From: Nostoc punctiforme PCC 73102
GTDB lineage: Bacteria > Cyanobacteriota > Cyanobacteriia > Cyanobacteriales > Nostocaceae
Direction of reading: 5' to 3'
DNA length: 32,000 nucleotides
Assembly: GCF_000020025.1 (NCBI RefSeq)
Contig: NC_010628.1
Location: 4,590,001 to 4,622,000 of the forward strand
Both the position numbers and the translations under genes were made by a program. The stretch's first letter is position 1. Each line of letters begins with the position of its first letter. Below the pieces are notes generated by a model. The model saw only the letters and a list, made by a program, of their open reading frames with translations. It ran no database searches and was not told where the DNA came from. Shown here piece after piece: positions 1 through 8,783 of this stretch.

Positions 1-618
1 AGCAAATACTTCAATTGGTTCATCTTGAAATAGATAACGTACAGCATTAATGCAGTAAATGCCGATATCATAGAGCGTGCCACCACCAGTTACATTACGT
101 AAACGAATATTGCCTTCTTCTACTTGTTGACTAAAAACCGAGTTAAAAACACGTGGTTCACCAATTTGCTTCGAGCGGATAATTTCGACTGCTTGTAAAT
201 TGGCTTCTTCTAAATGTAAGCGATAGGCAATCATCAGCTTGACATTATTATCATTGGCAGCTTTAATCATTGCCTCACACTCTTCTTCTGTCACTGCCAT
301 TGGCTTTTCACACAACACATGAATTGCCTGATTAGCAGCCCGCACAGTGTAGTCACAATGCAAGTGATTGGGCAAAGCAATATAAACTGCATCAATCTCG
401 CCGCTTGCCAAACAGTCCTCATACTCCTCATAGGAGTAAGTATGCTCTATTCCATACTTTTTGCTCAGTTCTTCGCTTTTAATGGGGTCATCTGAAACCA
501 GTGCCACTAATTCTGAGTTTTTGGCGTGGACAAAGGAAGGTAAGGCGGCTTCTTGAGCAAACCAACCTAAACCAACAACAGCATAACGAATTTTGCGCTT
601 ACCATTTGTAGCAGTCAT
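1..618 (-). CDS. Gfo/Idh/MocA family NAD(P)-dependent oxidoreductase (3' part runs off the left edge of the window)
   Basis: Minus-strand frame opens at the ATG at 616-618. It reads MTATNGKRKIRYAVVGLGWFAQEAALPSF (Rossmann N-terminus) and later AIHVLCEKPMAVTEEECEAM (the family's EKP motif). No stop occurs before position 1, which is why it is absent from the ORF track. Confidence 0.8.
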   Translation of the reverse strand, partial: MTATNGKRKIRYAVVGLGWFAQEAALPSFVHAKNSELVALVSDDPIKSEELSKKYGIEHTYSYEEYEDCLASGEIDAVYIALPNHLHCDYTVRAANQAIHVLCEKPMAVTEEECEAMIKAANDNNVKLMIAYRLHLEEANLQAVEIIRSKQIGEPRVFNSVFSQQVEEGNIRLRNVTGGGTLYDIGIYCINAVRYLFQDEPIEVFA

Positions 619-716
619 TTTTCTCCTCTCTGATAAAGGAATATTTTGCTAAATGCACCAATTACCTTTGAATTAGGACTAACTGTTTATACAAATACTG
701 AGAAGAAATTAGGTTC

Positions 717-1205
717 CTACATTGCTAATGCAGCTTCTACATTTGACACCAACTTAGCTTTGGTTTCCTGAAACTCCTGTCCCAATTCAGTTAGCTCTTT
801 ATCACTCATACATTCGCGCACAGCATTAAAAATTTCGCTTTCTTCTTCTTCTGCATGATGCTCAAATGTTTCCTTCAATTCGCTCATTTTTTCTTTAAAC
901 TCAGGATCGGTAGGTTTAAACGCCTTAATCTCTTCTAAAATAACTGAAACTTCTTCATGCTCTTCTTCAGCTTCTTCAACATATTGTTCAGTTTCTTCGT
1001 ATTCTCGCAAAGCTGGGTAGAAAACTAATTCTTCAGTTCTAGCATGTAATATCAACGCTACATAAATTTGATTGAATTGTTCAACTAATTTTGCACCCTT
1101 AGCTTTTTCTACTTCTGTAAAAAGCTTTTCAACTTGACGATGCTCTGCTTCAATTAATGCCAAAATGCCTGTTGCTTTATCTTTATTAGCTTTAGTTCTA
1201 GCCAT
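717..1205 (-). CDS. Hemerythrin (HHE cation-binding) domain protein
   Basis: 162-aa ORF with spaced His/Glu ligand motifs (EAEH, ILHARTEE, EEEHEE, FEHHAEEEE) in a predicted helical, acidic protein. Confidence 0.75.
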   Translation of the reverse strand: MARTKANKDKATGILALIEAEHRQVEKLFTEVEKAKGAKLVEQFNQIYVALILHARTEELVFYPALREYEETEQYVEEAEEEHEEVSVILEEIKAFKPTDPEFKEKMSELKETFEHHAEEEESEIFNAVRECMSDKELTELGQEFQETKAKLVSNVEAALAM

Positions 1206-1723
1206 TTCTTTTCCCCTTATTAATTAGAGATTTATAGGGCTGAGAATTTGGAGGTTGATGAATGAGAACTCGTATATTCTCAATGAATTGCTAAATTAAA
1301 ACCTCATTCTTTCAGTAAGCTTTAGTTTAGACTTAAGGAATATTTCCGCTATTGCAACCTAACTGAAATTCATAACCTCAGCATGATGGATACAGAGTAT
1401 GTAGCGTTAGCAGCCCAAGAATACGGCTCAATCATCAACCATACGACCTGTGAACGCCCAAAAAGTGGCTATGGCAGTAAGATGATGAATGCGATCGATG
1501 CCTGCGACGGTCACTGAGCGCAGCCGTAAAGCCTGCGGCATAGCTACGCTTAACGCGGAGCGTCTCGTAGAGAAGTGCGGGCTACGCCTACGCCTCTGAA
1601 CTTGTAGATGGTGCATGGGAAATGTCAGCTTTGCCTGATGGACAAGTGCAAGTCACACTGAGTTGGCGTTTACCCTCAGTCGAGCTGGCTAAATTAAAAA
1701 AATAGTAGGAGTTCGGCTAGTCT

Positions 1724-2239
1724 ATGGTAAAACCAATAATCCAATCAGCAACTCAAACTTTATACAACGAAGATTATTACCTCTGGCTGAGGACAACTAT
1801 CAATCAACTTCGTGCTGGACAGTTTTCTGCTGTTGATTTAGATAATTTGTTAGAAGAATTAGAAACTATGGGTAGAAGGGAGAAGCGAGCAATTGAAAGT
1901 TTATTAATTAAGCTTCTTCAATATCTACTAAAACTCAAGTGTTGGGATGAAGAGCGAGAACGTAATCTAGGACATTGGAAAGGGGAAATCAGGACTTTTC
2001 GTAGAGAGATTAAAAAAGCTCTAAAAGATAGTCTTAGCTTAAAACCTTACATCTTAGAAATATTTGATGAATGTTATCAAGATGCAAGGAAAGAAGCAAG
2101 CGATGCCTACGGCGGTAAACTACGCTCTAAACTCCTACTTGACATATTCCTCTCTATACCCATTAGCTCTTTAGAACAAATCTTAGATGAAAACTGGTTT
2201 CCTGAATATAACCATAATCATTACGGTAAACCCGATTAA
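1724..2239 (+). CDS. DUF29 family protein
   Basis: The N-terminus LYNEDYYLWLRTTINQLRAGQFSAVDLDNLLEELETMGRREKRA and the C-terminus LEQILDENWFPE are the typical cyanobacterial DUF29 pattern. The segment DAYGGKLRS looks repeat-derived. Confidence 0.8.
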   Translation: MVKPIIQSATQTLYNEDYYLWLRTTINQLRAGQFSAVDLDNLLEELETMGRREKRAIESLLIKLLQYLLKLKCWDEERERNLGHWKGEIRTFRREIKKALKDSLSLKPYILEIFDECYQDARKEASDAYGGKLRSKLLLDIFLSIPISSLEQILDENWFPEYNHNHYGKPD

Positions 2240-2279
2240 AATGAATACGCAACTTGGGTTTCCATAGGAGTATGAAGCC

Positions 2280-2942
2280 GTGCAGCCGGACTTAATAGGC
2301 TTGGAAATTAGTAAGGGGGAACTAAGACGTTTGACTGGGTTTGATCCAGAAGACGTTTTTAGACCTTCTGTTCTGCGAGATGGCAAAAAGCGATTAGGGT
2401 TTTTTATCAATGAAATGCTGGTAACGCTGGCGCTAACGCCAATAATTGTGGGCTTTGTTTATGCGTTTATTATTCTGCCAACAATTGGTTCTTCAATTCG
2501 ACTAGGAATTCTTTTACTAATTTTAGTGCCAATGCCGATATTAGTAGGGCGATGGCTGTGGCGACAATTAACCTGTCCCGAAGGACTGACAATACTTTTA
2601 GATGAAGTTGATAAATATCATGACCTGGTTGCTGCTATAGATATTAATGACCAATTGGCAGCATCAGGGAACGTAGAAAGCAGTATCCATGACCGAGATA
2701 AAGTCACCGCCGCCTTACAACTAATTAGAGAAGATTTAGTCCGCGCTCTGAAAACGGAACGAATTTTGCGAGATAATAAAAAATTGCTTGCTAATAACCA
2801 AGAGTTATTTGTGAATAATTTAGCCAGTCTGCAAGCTTTACAAGTTAGTAGTCAAGCAGGCGAATATGCTCAACTGCTAAATCAATCATTGCAAATTGCG
2901 ATCGATGTGCAAGCAGAAATCAGAAAATTGCACAAAGGCTAA
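2280..2942 (+). CDS. Hypothetical membrane protein (two predicted TM helices followed by a helical C-terminal region)
   Basis: ORF-track frame. The 2280 start is GTG, and the ATG at 2415 (MLVTLALTPIIVGFVYAFIILP...) is a more plausible start. I recognise no family. Confidence 0.45.
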   Translation: MQPDLIGLEISKGELRRLTGFDPEDVFRPSVLRDGKKRLGFFINEMLVTLALTPIIVGFVYAFIILPTIGSSIRLGILLLILVPMPILVGRWLWRQLTCPEGLTILLDEVDKYHDLVAAIDINDQLAASGNVESSIHDRDKVTAALQLIREDLVRALKTERILRDNKKLLANNQELFVNNLASLQALQVSSQAGEYAQLLNQSLQIAIDVQAEIRKLHKG

Positions 2943-2961
2943 GTGGATGTTTGTCAACCTT

Positions 2962-3105
2962 GGGCGACTAGAAGTCGCGGCTACACAGACTTGTGTTGAG
3001 CGGAGTCGAAATACAAAACCTGCCTCCGCAGGTTATAAAACCATTGATTTTGCATTAGTCCACGGAGGTGGACAATGCTAGTGTAGTAGCGACTTCTAGT
3101 CGCCC
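2962..3105. repeat. MITE-like element / long hairpin with terminal inverted repeats
   Basis: GGGCGACTAGAAGTCGC at 2962-2978 is the exact reverse complement of GCGACTTCTAGTCGCCC at 3089-3105, with further imperfect pairing (GGCTACAC / GTGTAGTA). It lies in the intergenic gap before the 3143 gene. The ORFs crossing it (2896-3081, 2981-3205) look like repeat translations. Confidence 0.6.
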
Positions 3106-3142
3106 AATACTTTCCCACAAAACAATCGCCCCGTTGACCTAA

Positions 3143-4465
3143 ATGAGCAACAAACCAAAAATAATTGTCCTGGATGATGACCCTACAGGTTCTCAAACAG
3201 TCCACAGCTGCTTGCTGCTAATGCACTGGGATGTGGACACTTTACGCAGTGGATTACAGGACGATTCGCCGATTTTCTTTGTACTGACTAACACTAGATC
3301 GCTAACGCCAGAGTCAGCTACATCTGTCACCAAAGAAGTTTGCCAAAATCTAAAAATCGCTTTGAATGCTGAAGGAATTGACGATTTTTTGATTGTCAGC
3401 CGTTCTGATTCTACTTTGCGGGGGCATTATCCCATCGAAACTGATGCGATCGCACAAGAACTTGGCCCCTTTGATGCTCATTTTCTTGTTCCAGCCTTTT
3501 TTGAAGGTGGGCGTATCACCCGCGACAGCGTGCATTACTTGATGATTGGCGGTGTACCCACCCCAGTCCATGAAACCGAATTTGCCCGTGATTCAGTCTT
3601 CAGCTACCATCACAGTTACTTACCCAAGTACGTCGAAGAAAAGACTCAAGGACGCATTAGTGCTGAAGCTGTAGAAAGGTTTCTCCTAGCTGATATTCGC
3701 GCTGGTAGTTTAGAACGCTTGTTACAACTGAGTGGTAATCAGTGCGCTGTCGTCGATGGTGAAACTCAAGACGATCTCAACCGCTTTGCAGTAGATATAT
3801 TAGCAGCAGCAAGTCAAGGGAAACGCTTTCTGTTTCGTAGTGGCGCAAGTATTTTAACGGCTTTAGCCGCTTTACCACCCCAACCCATTGCTGCCGAAAA
3901 CATGGCGCAATACGTGCGCCAGGGCAAACCAGGTGCGGTTATTGTTGGTTCCCATGTGAAAAAGACCACTCAGCAGTTAGAGGCGCTATTGCAAATAGAG
4001 GGAACAGTGGGAATTGAAGTAAATGTCGCGCGATTACTTGATGATGCAAATCAATCTGCGGTTCTGCTAACTGAAATCAAAGAAAGTACACAGGCGGCAC
4101 ACGAAGCGGGTAAAACACCAGTGGTTTATACTAGCCGTCAGGAAATGAGTTTTAAAGATGTCAACACCCGATTGGAGTTTGGGGCTAAAGTTTCAAGTTT
4201 ATTGATGGATATTGTGCGGGGTTTACCATCCGATATAGGATTCTTAATCAGCAAGGGTGGCATTACCTCAAATGATGTCTTGAGTACTGGACTAACCTTA
4301 ACTTCAGCCCGCTTACTCGGTCAAATTTTAGCTGGTTGTTCAATGGTGTTAACCCCATCCGATCATCCCCAGTTTCCTGATTTGCCTGTGGTGCTGTTTC
4401 CAGGTAACGTTGGTGATGCTGATGCCTTGGGGACAATTTATCAGAGGTTGACTAAACAATCTTGA
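3143..4465 (+). CDS. Four-carbon acid sugar kinase family protein (DUF1537-type)
   Basis: 440 aa. The N-terminus KIIVLDDDPTGSQT and the C-terminal SKGGITSND region match my recollection of the family architecture. Confidence 0.7.
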   Translation: MSNKPKIIVLDDDPTGSQTVHSCLLLMHWDVDTLRSGLQDDSPIFFVLTNTRSLTPESATSVTKEVCQNLKIALNAEGIDDFLIVSRSDSTLRGHYPIETDAIAQELGPFDAHFLVPAFFEGGRITRDSVHYLMIGGVPTPVHETEFARDSVFSYHHSYLPKYVEEKTQGRISAEAVERFLLADIRAGSLERLLQLSGNQCAVVDGETQDDLNRFAVDILAAASQGKRFLFRSGASILTALAALPPQPIAAENMAQYVRQGKPGAVIVGSHVKKTTQQLEALLQIEGTVGIEVNVARLLDDANQSAVLLTEIKESTQAAHEAGKTPVVYTSRQEMSFKDVNTRLEFGAKVSSLLMDIVRGLPSDIGFLISKGGITSNDVLSTGLTLTSARLLGQILAGCSMVLTPSDHPQFPDLPVVLFPGNVGDADALGTIYQRLTKQS

Positions 4466-4737
4466 GTGTTGAGTGAAGATAATGATAATTCCGAACTACT
4501 GCCTTTCTGCTAGAAGATAATTTTTTACGTAGATGCGGATTGGCTACTCTAAAAGTTCTCTAAAGGAGTACCCACAGGGTATCGCAAGGAACGCAAAGTG
4601 AAGATACAAGTAATCTTATGGCGGAAAGGGAGTAATCTATGCTCCGCACTTTCTGGTCTGATCGTGTTGTTAGATTTTCCAACTGATCTAATATTGGTAA
4701 TGATTCGGAGTGTCCCTTGTCTTTTGGCTAGTACTGC

Positions 4738-5826
4738 ATGACTTCTGATTCTGCAATTCCCAATCTAAAGTCAAATTCTGCACTTCCTAATGCAGAATCA
4801 AACTCTATCCTTTCGGAGGTAGAGGTAAATCCTACTGTTTCTGATGTAGAGTCAGATCCTATCCCCCCTGATGCGGAGTTAAGATCCGTCCTCCTTTATT
4901 TAAAATCAAATACTATCGTTGGGGATGTAGAGTCTAATGCTGCTAACCCAGACTTAGAGTCTAATCCTGTTAACTCAGATTTAGAGCCAAATCCTGCTAA
5001 CCCAGATGTAGAGTCTAATACTGATGTCGCATCAGATTTTATCTTGACTGATTCAAATCCAAATGAGTCAGCAATATCAGGGTATCGCGTAAATGATAAT
5101 ACTCAAGTCCAGTTAAGAAGTAAGGAGGGACGACTGTTATTAATTTTGCCCCCGGAATCTCAAGTATCTGCCTCAGAACTCAGTTGGTCTGATATTTGGC
5201 AACAAATCAGGCAACGTTTGAATGCAGGCGATCGCTTCCGAATAGCAAATACACCCGTACATTTAATGGCACAAGACCGCCTAGTAGATGCCAGGCAACT
5301 CCAAGAACTCGCCGAGGCTTTAAGTGAAGTCCAACTGCGGCTAATATCTGTCTCAACGAGTCGTCGGCAAACTGCGATCGCAGCCGTAACATCTGGGTAT
5401 TCTGTAGAACAATTGCAGCTTGTAACTTCCCTGAATACAGGGTCAGAAGCTACAGCTACACCCCAGGCAGATGCCCTCTATCTAGAAACAACAGTCCGCT
5501 CTGGAGTAGAAATTCGTCATCCTGGTACAGTAATTATCTTGGGAGATGTAAACCCAGGTGGTATTGTAATTGCAGATGGAGATATTATCATCTGGGGTCG
5601 TTTACGTGGAATTGCTCATGCTGGGGCCGGAGGCAATCGTGAGTGTCTGATAATGGCTTTGCAAATGGAACCTACCCAATTGCGGATCGCAGATGCTGTA
5701 GCTAGGGCACCAGAAAAATTACCGACGCAATTTTCTCCAGAAGTGGCACATATTATGCCCCAAGGGATTCGCATCGCTAGGGCTAGTGATTTTTCTAGAA
5801 ACCAATTTACTAAGAGCAATCAGTAG
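4738..5826 (+). CDS. minC: Septum site-determining protein MinC with a repeat-containing N-terminal extension
   Basis: The C-terminal beta-helix domain (VRSGVEIRHPGTVIILGDVNPGGIVIADGDIIIWGRLRGIAHAGAGGN...LRIAD) is characteristic of MinC. It sits directly upstream of minD and minE. Confidence 0.85.
   Translation: MTSDSAIPNLKSNSALPNAESNSILSEVEVNPTVSDVESDPIPPDAELRSVLLYLKSNTIVGDVESNAANPDLESNPVNSDLEPNPANPDVESNTDVASDFILTDSNPNESAISGYRVNDNTQVQLRSKEGRLLLILPPESQVSASELSWSDIWQQIRQRLNAGDRFRIANTPVHLMAQDRLVDARQLQELAEALSEVQLRLISVSTSRRQTAIAAVTSGYSVEQLQLVTSLNTGSEATATPQADALYLETTVRSGVEIRHPGTVIILGDVNPGGIVIADGDIIIWGRLRGIAHAGAGGNRECLIMALQMEPTQLRIADAVARAPEKLPTQFSPEVAHIMPQGIRIARASDFSRNQFTKSNQ
4762..5031 (+). repeat. 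Ten tandem 27-nt (nonapeptide) repeats inside the minC 5' region
   Basis: Residues 9-98 parse without gaps into 9-aa units: NLKSNSALP, NAESNSILS, EVEVNPTVS, DVESDPIPP, DAELRSVLL, YLKSNTIVG, DVESNAANP, DLESNPVNS, DLEPNPANP, DVESNTDVA. The last four units are clearly similar at the DNA level. Confidence 0.75.
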
Positions 5827-6043
5827 CCCTGAATATTTACTTAAAAAATGAAGAATATGAAGGATGAAATATAGCGGTTTTTATGTAGATGGAATACACT
5901 ACTTTAATCCCTTTCCCCTAGCAAAGTGGATTTCATTCCACCGAGCGTAGATGCGGAGAGGCTTGTCGCCAGACACCGCAATAAAAAAATATTTATCCTC
6001 GCCCGAATCAGGGAGACCAGATATTTCTTCATACTTGATACGA

Positions 6044-6064
6044 TACTTCATACTTTATACTTCA
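6044..6064. repeat. Heptamer tandem repeat (TACTTCA TACTTTA TACTTCA)
   Basis: Three contiguous 7-nt units in the minC-minD spacer, with a degenerate unit (TACTTGA) just upstream at 6032-6038. Confidence 0.6.
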
Positions 6065-6111
6065 ATTTACGGTTTTATATTTCCTGAACCCTCATTGACC
6101 GCATTTCTATC

Positions 6112-6918
6112 ATGACTCGCATTATAGTGATTACCTCCGGTAAAGGAGGAGTGGGTAAAACCACAGTTTCAGCAAATCTGGGCATGGCTTTAGCCAAAAT
6201 GGGTCGTCAAGTTGCCTTGGTTGATGCGGATTTTGGTCTGAGAAATTTGGATTTGCTGCTAGGGCTGGAGAACCGCATTGTCTATACTGCGGTGGAAGTC
6301 TTGGCCAGAGAGTGTCGCTTAGAACAAGCCTTGGTGAAAGATAAACGCCAACCCAATCTTGTACTCCTACCGGCAGCCCAAAATCGTTCCAAAGATGCAG
6401 TCACACCGGAACAGATGAAGTTACTGGTCAATGCTCTAGCGCAAAAGTATCAGTACGTGATCATTGATAGCCCCGCCGGTATTGAAAATGGGTTTAAAAA
6501 TGCGATCGGCCCGGCCAAAGAAGCACTAGTTGTCAGCACGCCAGAAATTTCCTCAGTTCGTGATGCCGACCGGGTAGTGGGGTTACTTGAAGCACAAGGT
6601 ATCAAGCGTGTTCATTTAATAATTAACCGCATCAGACCCGCAATGGTGCAGGCAAATGATATGATGTCAGTGCAAGATGTTCAGGAACTTCTCGCCATTC
6701 CCCTGATCGGGGTAATCCCTGACGACGAGCGTGTTATTGTATCTACCAATCGCGGCGAACCCTTAGTGTTAGCGGAAAATCCTTCTTTAGCCGCCACAGC
6801 CTTTGAGAACATTGCTCGTAGATTAGAAGGAGAAAGTGTCGAATTTCTGGAGATCGACTCATCCCAAGACAGCATCTTCGCCCGTCTACGAAGGTTGTTG
6901 TGGACAAAGATTGTTTAA
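6112..6918 (+). CDS. minD: Septum site-determining ATPase MinD
   Basis: Deviant Walker A motif SGKGGVGKTT, DADFGLRNLDLLLGLE, and 268 aa located between minC and minE. Confidence 0.95.
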   Translation: MTRIIVITSGKGGVGKTTVSANLGMALAKMGRQVALVDADFGLRNLDLLLGLENRIVYTAVEVLARECRLEQALVKDKRQPNLVLLPAAQNRSKDAVTPEQMKLLVNALAQKYQYVIIDSPAGIENGFKNAIGPAKEALVVSTPEISSVRDADRVVGLLEAQGIKRVHLIINRIRPAMVQANDMMSVQDVQELLAIPLIGVIPDDERVIVSTNRGEPLVLAENPSLAATAFENIARRLEGESVEFLEIDSSQDSIFARLRRLLWTKIV

Positions 6919-6954
6919 CTTACTTTTCTAGTCTCCGCGCCAGACCTATTCGTA

Positions 6955-7245
6955 ATGATTGAACTTCTAGAAAAACTTTTTTCTCGCGGCCCTGATAGCA
7001 GTCGAACTCAAGTTAAACGTCGCCTGCAATTGGTGATTGCTCACGATCGCGCTGATTTAGATCCTCAAACGTTGGAAAAAATGCGGAAAGAAATCCTAGA
7101 TGTAGTCTGTCGCTATGTCGAAATTGAGACAGAGGGCTTGGAGTTCTCCTTAGAAAGCAACCAACGAACCACAGCTTTAATTGCTAATTTGCCCATCCGT
7201 AGGGTGAAAGGGGCTATACCTGAATGGGAAAGGGGTGATAAATAA
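6955..7245 (+). CDS. minE: Cell division topological specificity factor MinE
   Basis: 96 aa. The [13 protein letters not shown] motif and its position 37 nt downstream of minD support the call. Confidence 0.9.
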   Translation: MIELLEKLFSRGPDSSRTQVKRRLQLVIAHDRADLDPQTLEKMRKEILDVVCRYVEIETEGLEFSLESNQRTTALIANLPIRRVKGAIPEWERGDK

Positions 7246-7318
7246 GTCTTTATAGTTTTAGTCTTAAGTATTTTTATTGCAATTGTAACGAGTTGTCCCA
7301 AGTTTTGGATTAAATAAA

Positions 7319-7363
7319 CTCCTATATTGACACCCACCCAAACGTGTCAATATAGGAGTTTTG
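7319..7363 (+). terminator. Rho-independent terminator candidate after minE
   Basis: CTCCTATATTGACAC (7319-7333) pairs perfectly with GTGTCAATATAGGAG (7344-7358), with a 10-nt loop, followed by TTTTG. Confidence 0.65.
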
Positions 7364-7401
7364 AGTATAGAAAGTACTCATTAAAATGAGAATCGGGATA
7401 T

Positions 7402-7440
7402 AAAAAAATCTCCCGTTGTCGTCACTGCTGACAACGGGAG
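7402..7440 (-). terminator. Rho-independent terminator candidate for the minus-strand gene 7461-8783
   Basis: CTCCCGTTGTC / GACAACGGGAG stem (7410-7440), followed on the minus strand by a run of seven T (7402-7408). Confidence 0.65.
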
Positions 7441-7460
7441 TAGATAAATTATTCTATAAA

Positions 7461-8783
7461 TTATCGGTAAGCAACTTGTGGCCCTGCCCAAATCTCTGTA
7501 ACTTTTTTGCCAAAAGTAATCGGCTGATCTTCGTCTGTTGTGGGTACAGTCTTGCCATCATTAGCAACTTGCATTAGCGGCCAGTTTTCATCACCCAATT
7601 CACCTGCACGGAATAGTACATGATCTGGTTGCTTTTTACTCCAACCTAACAAGACGGCAATTTTCTCATGCTCATCTTGCTCATTAGCAGGAGCAACTAT
7701 ATTAGCGTGATTTTTTTGCCGATCCCAAATCACTGCACTATCAGTAGAATCGCCTGTGTTAAATATCCCTTCAAACTTGCGTGCTAAAAAGCGATCGCCT
7801 TTTTCCGACCAGCTAACCGGAACTAATACCCCAATTTGACCGTTCGGATTAGCCTCTTCTGACGAAGAACCCTTTAGAGCTTTTACTTTTAATAAAGGAT
7901 CGCTAACTGGAGTAGTTGAAGCCATTACCCACAACTTCTTCGTGTGCATATCTTGGACAAACAGAACGCTAGTAACACGGCTGTTGTACATTTCGGGTTT
8001 TACTTCTAGTTGCACGCGACTATAAACAGCATATTTACCATCTGGAGAAACCACGGGTACGCTACGGTAGTGACGAACTCCAGAACCACCGTTAGAACCA
8101 ATTGCTTCTTGAGTCGCTGTAATCCATTTCCAAGGAATAGGATGAGGACTACCTATGGGATCTATTTGTTCTGCTTGGGACTCATCACGTGGTTCAGAAA
8201 CAGGTATTTCTGTTGCTGTAGTTGGTTGTGACTCTCTAAGAGTTGGCGCTACTTGAGTTGCTGTCAATGATTTAGTAAAAGACTTTTCTCTAGAGAGAGA
8301 TTTTTCTTGTCCTTTCAAAGACTTGATATTAGCAGCTTTGAGCTTTTGTACTAGATTAAGCTGACTAACAGGAACATCTGTTAATGGTGCAAGTTCAACT
8401 GCTGCCAAAGTATCAGGAACAGTTAAATCGTTGTTTAACCCATAACTATCTGCTTGAGCAAAAGACTCAATTTTATCTGCTGGTAATACTTGCGGTTCCT
8501 GGACAGCAGGACTTTGTGTGGGTACAGAGTCAAATTTTTCTGTTAAAGAGTCGATTTGATCTGTTTTCGATATTTCAGCTATCTCAGGTTCCCCAACTAC
8601 AGCTATTTCCTTTGATACAGAGTCAGAATCTCCAACCTTCGAAGTTAGTTTAGCTACTTCGGATTTTACAGGGAACGAGTGAGCCGATGCCCCTAGCAAG
8701 GGTGCGATCAGTATCACAACGACAACGTAATTGAGAAATGGTTGCGCGCGGAACCATCCTGACAGCAAAAGGGGTTTAAGCAT
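7461..8783 (-). CDS. Hypothetical secreted or membrane-anchored protein
   Basis: 440-aa ORF with an N-terminal hydrophobic signal/anchor (FLNYVVVVILIAPLLGASAHS). A Ser/Thr/Pro/Glu-rich low-complexity region follows, then a ~230-aa C-terminal domain containing SPDGKYAVYS. I recognise no family. Confidence 0.6.
   Translation of the reverse strand: MLKPLLLSGWFRAQPFLNYVVVVILIAPLLGASAHSFPVKSEVAKLTSKVGDSDSVSKEIAVVGEPEIAEISKTDQIDSLTEKFDSVPTQSPAVQEPQVLPADKIESFAQADSYGLNNDLTVPDTLAAVELAPLTDVPVSQLNLVQKLKAANIKSLKGQEKSLSREKSFTKSLTATQVAPTLRESQPTTATEIPVSEPRDESQAEQIDPIGSPHPIPWKWITATQEAIGSNGGSGVRHYRSVPVVSPDGKYAVYSRVQLEVKPEMYNSRVTSVLFVQDMHTKKLWVMASTTPVSDPLLKVKALKGSSSEEANPNGQIGVLVPVSWSEKGDRFLARKFEGIFNTGDSTDSAVIWDRQKNHANIVAPANEQDEHEKIAVLLGWSKKQPDHVLFRAGELGDENWPLMQVANDGKTVPTTDEDQPITFGKKVTEIWAGPQVAYR

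Noticed and set aside
1383-1517. 44-aa plus-strand ORF MMDTEYVALAAQEYGSIINHTTCERPKSGYGSKMMNAIDACDGH
   Set aside because: It has no recognisable SD and no family resemblance, and it runs into repeat debris. It could be a gene remnant, but I cannot support it.
1428-1616. 62-aa minus-strand ORF (…ALRLRSVTVAGIDRIHH…)
   Set aside because: It lies entirely on intergenic dispersed-repeat debris (TGAGCGCAGCCGTA, GGGCTACGCCTACGCC). It has no SD and an Arg-rich repeat-translation composition, so it is almost certainly not a gene.
2896-3205. ORFs 2896-3081 (+) and 2981-3205 (-)
   Set aside because: Both are read across the MITE-like inverted repeat and overlap neighbouring genes. Their sequences (ATQTCVERSRNTKPASAGYKT...) are typical repeat translations.
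3143-4465. Orphan status of the four-carbon acid sugar kinase (no adjacent PdxA-like dehydrogenase or aldolase partner)
   Set aside because: This is possibly interesting metabolically. However, absence of partners within one window is weak evidence, and they may be encoded elsewhere.
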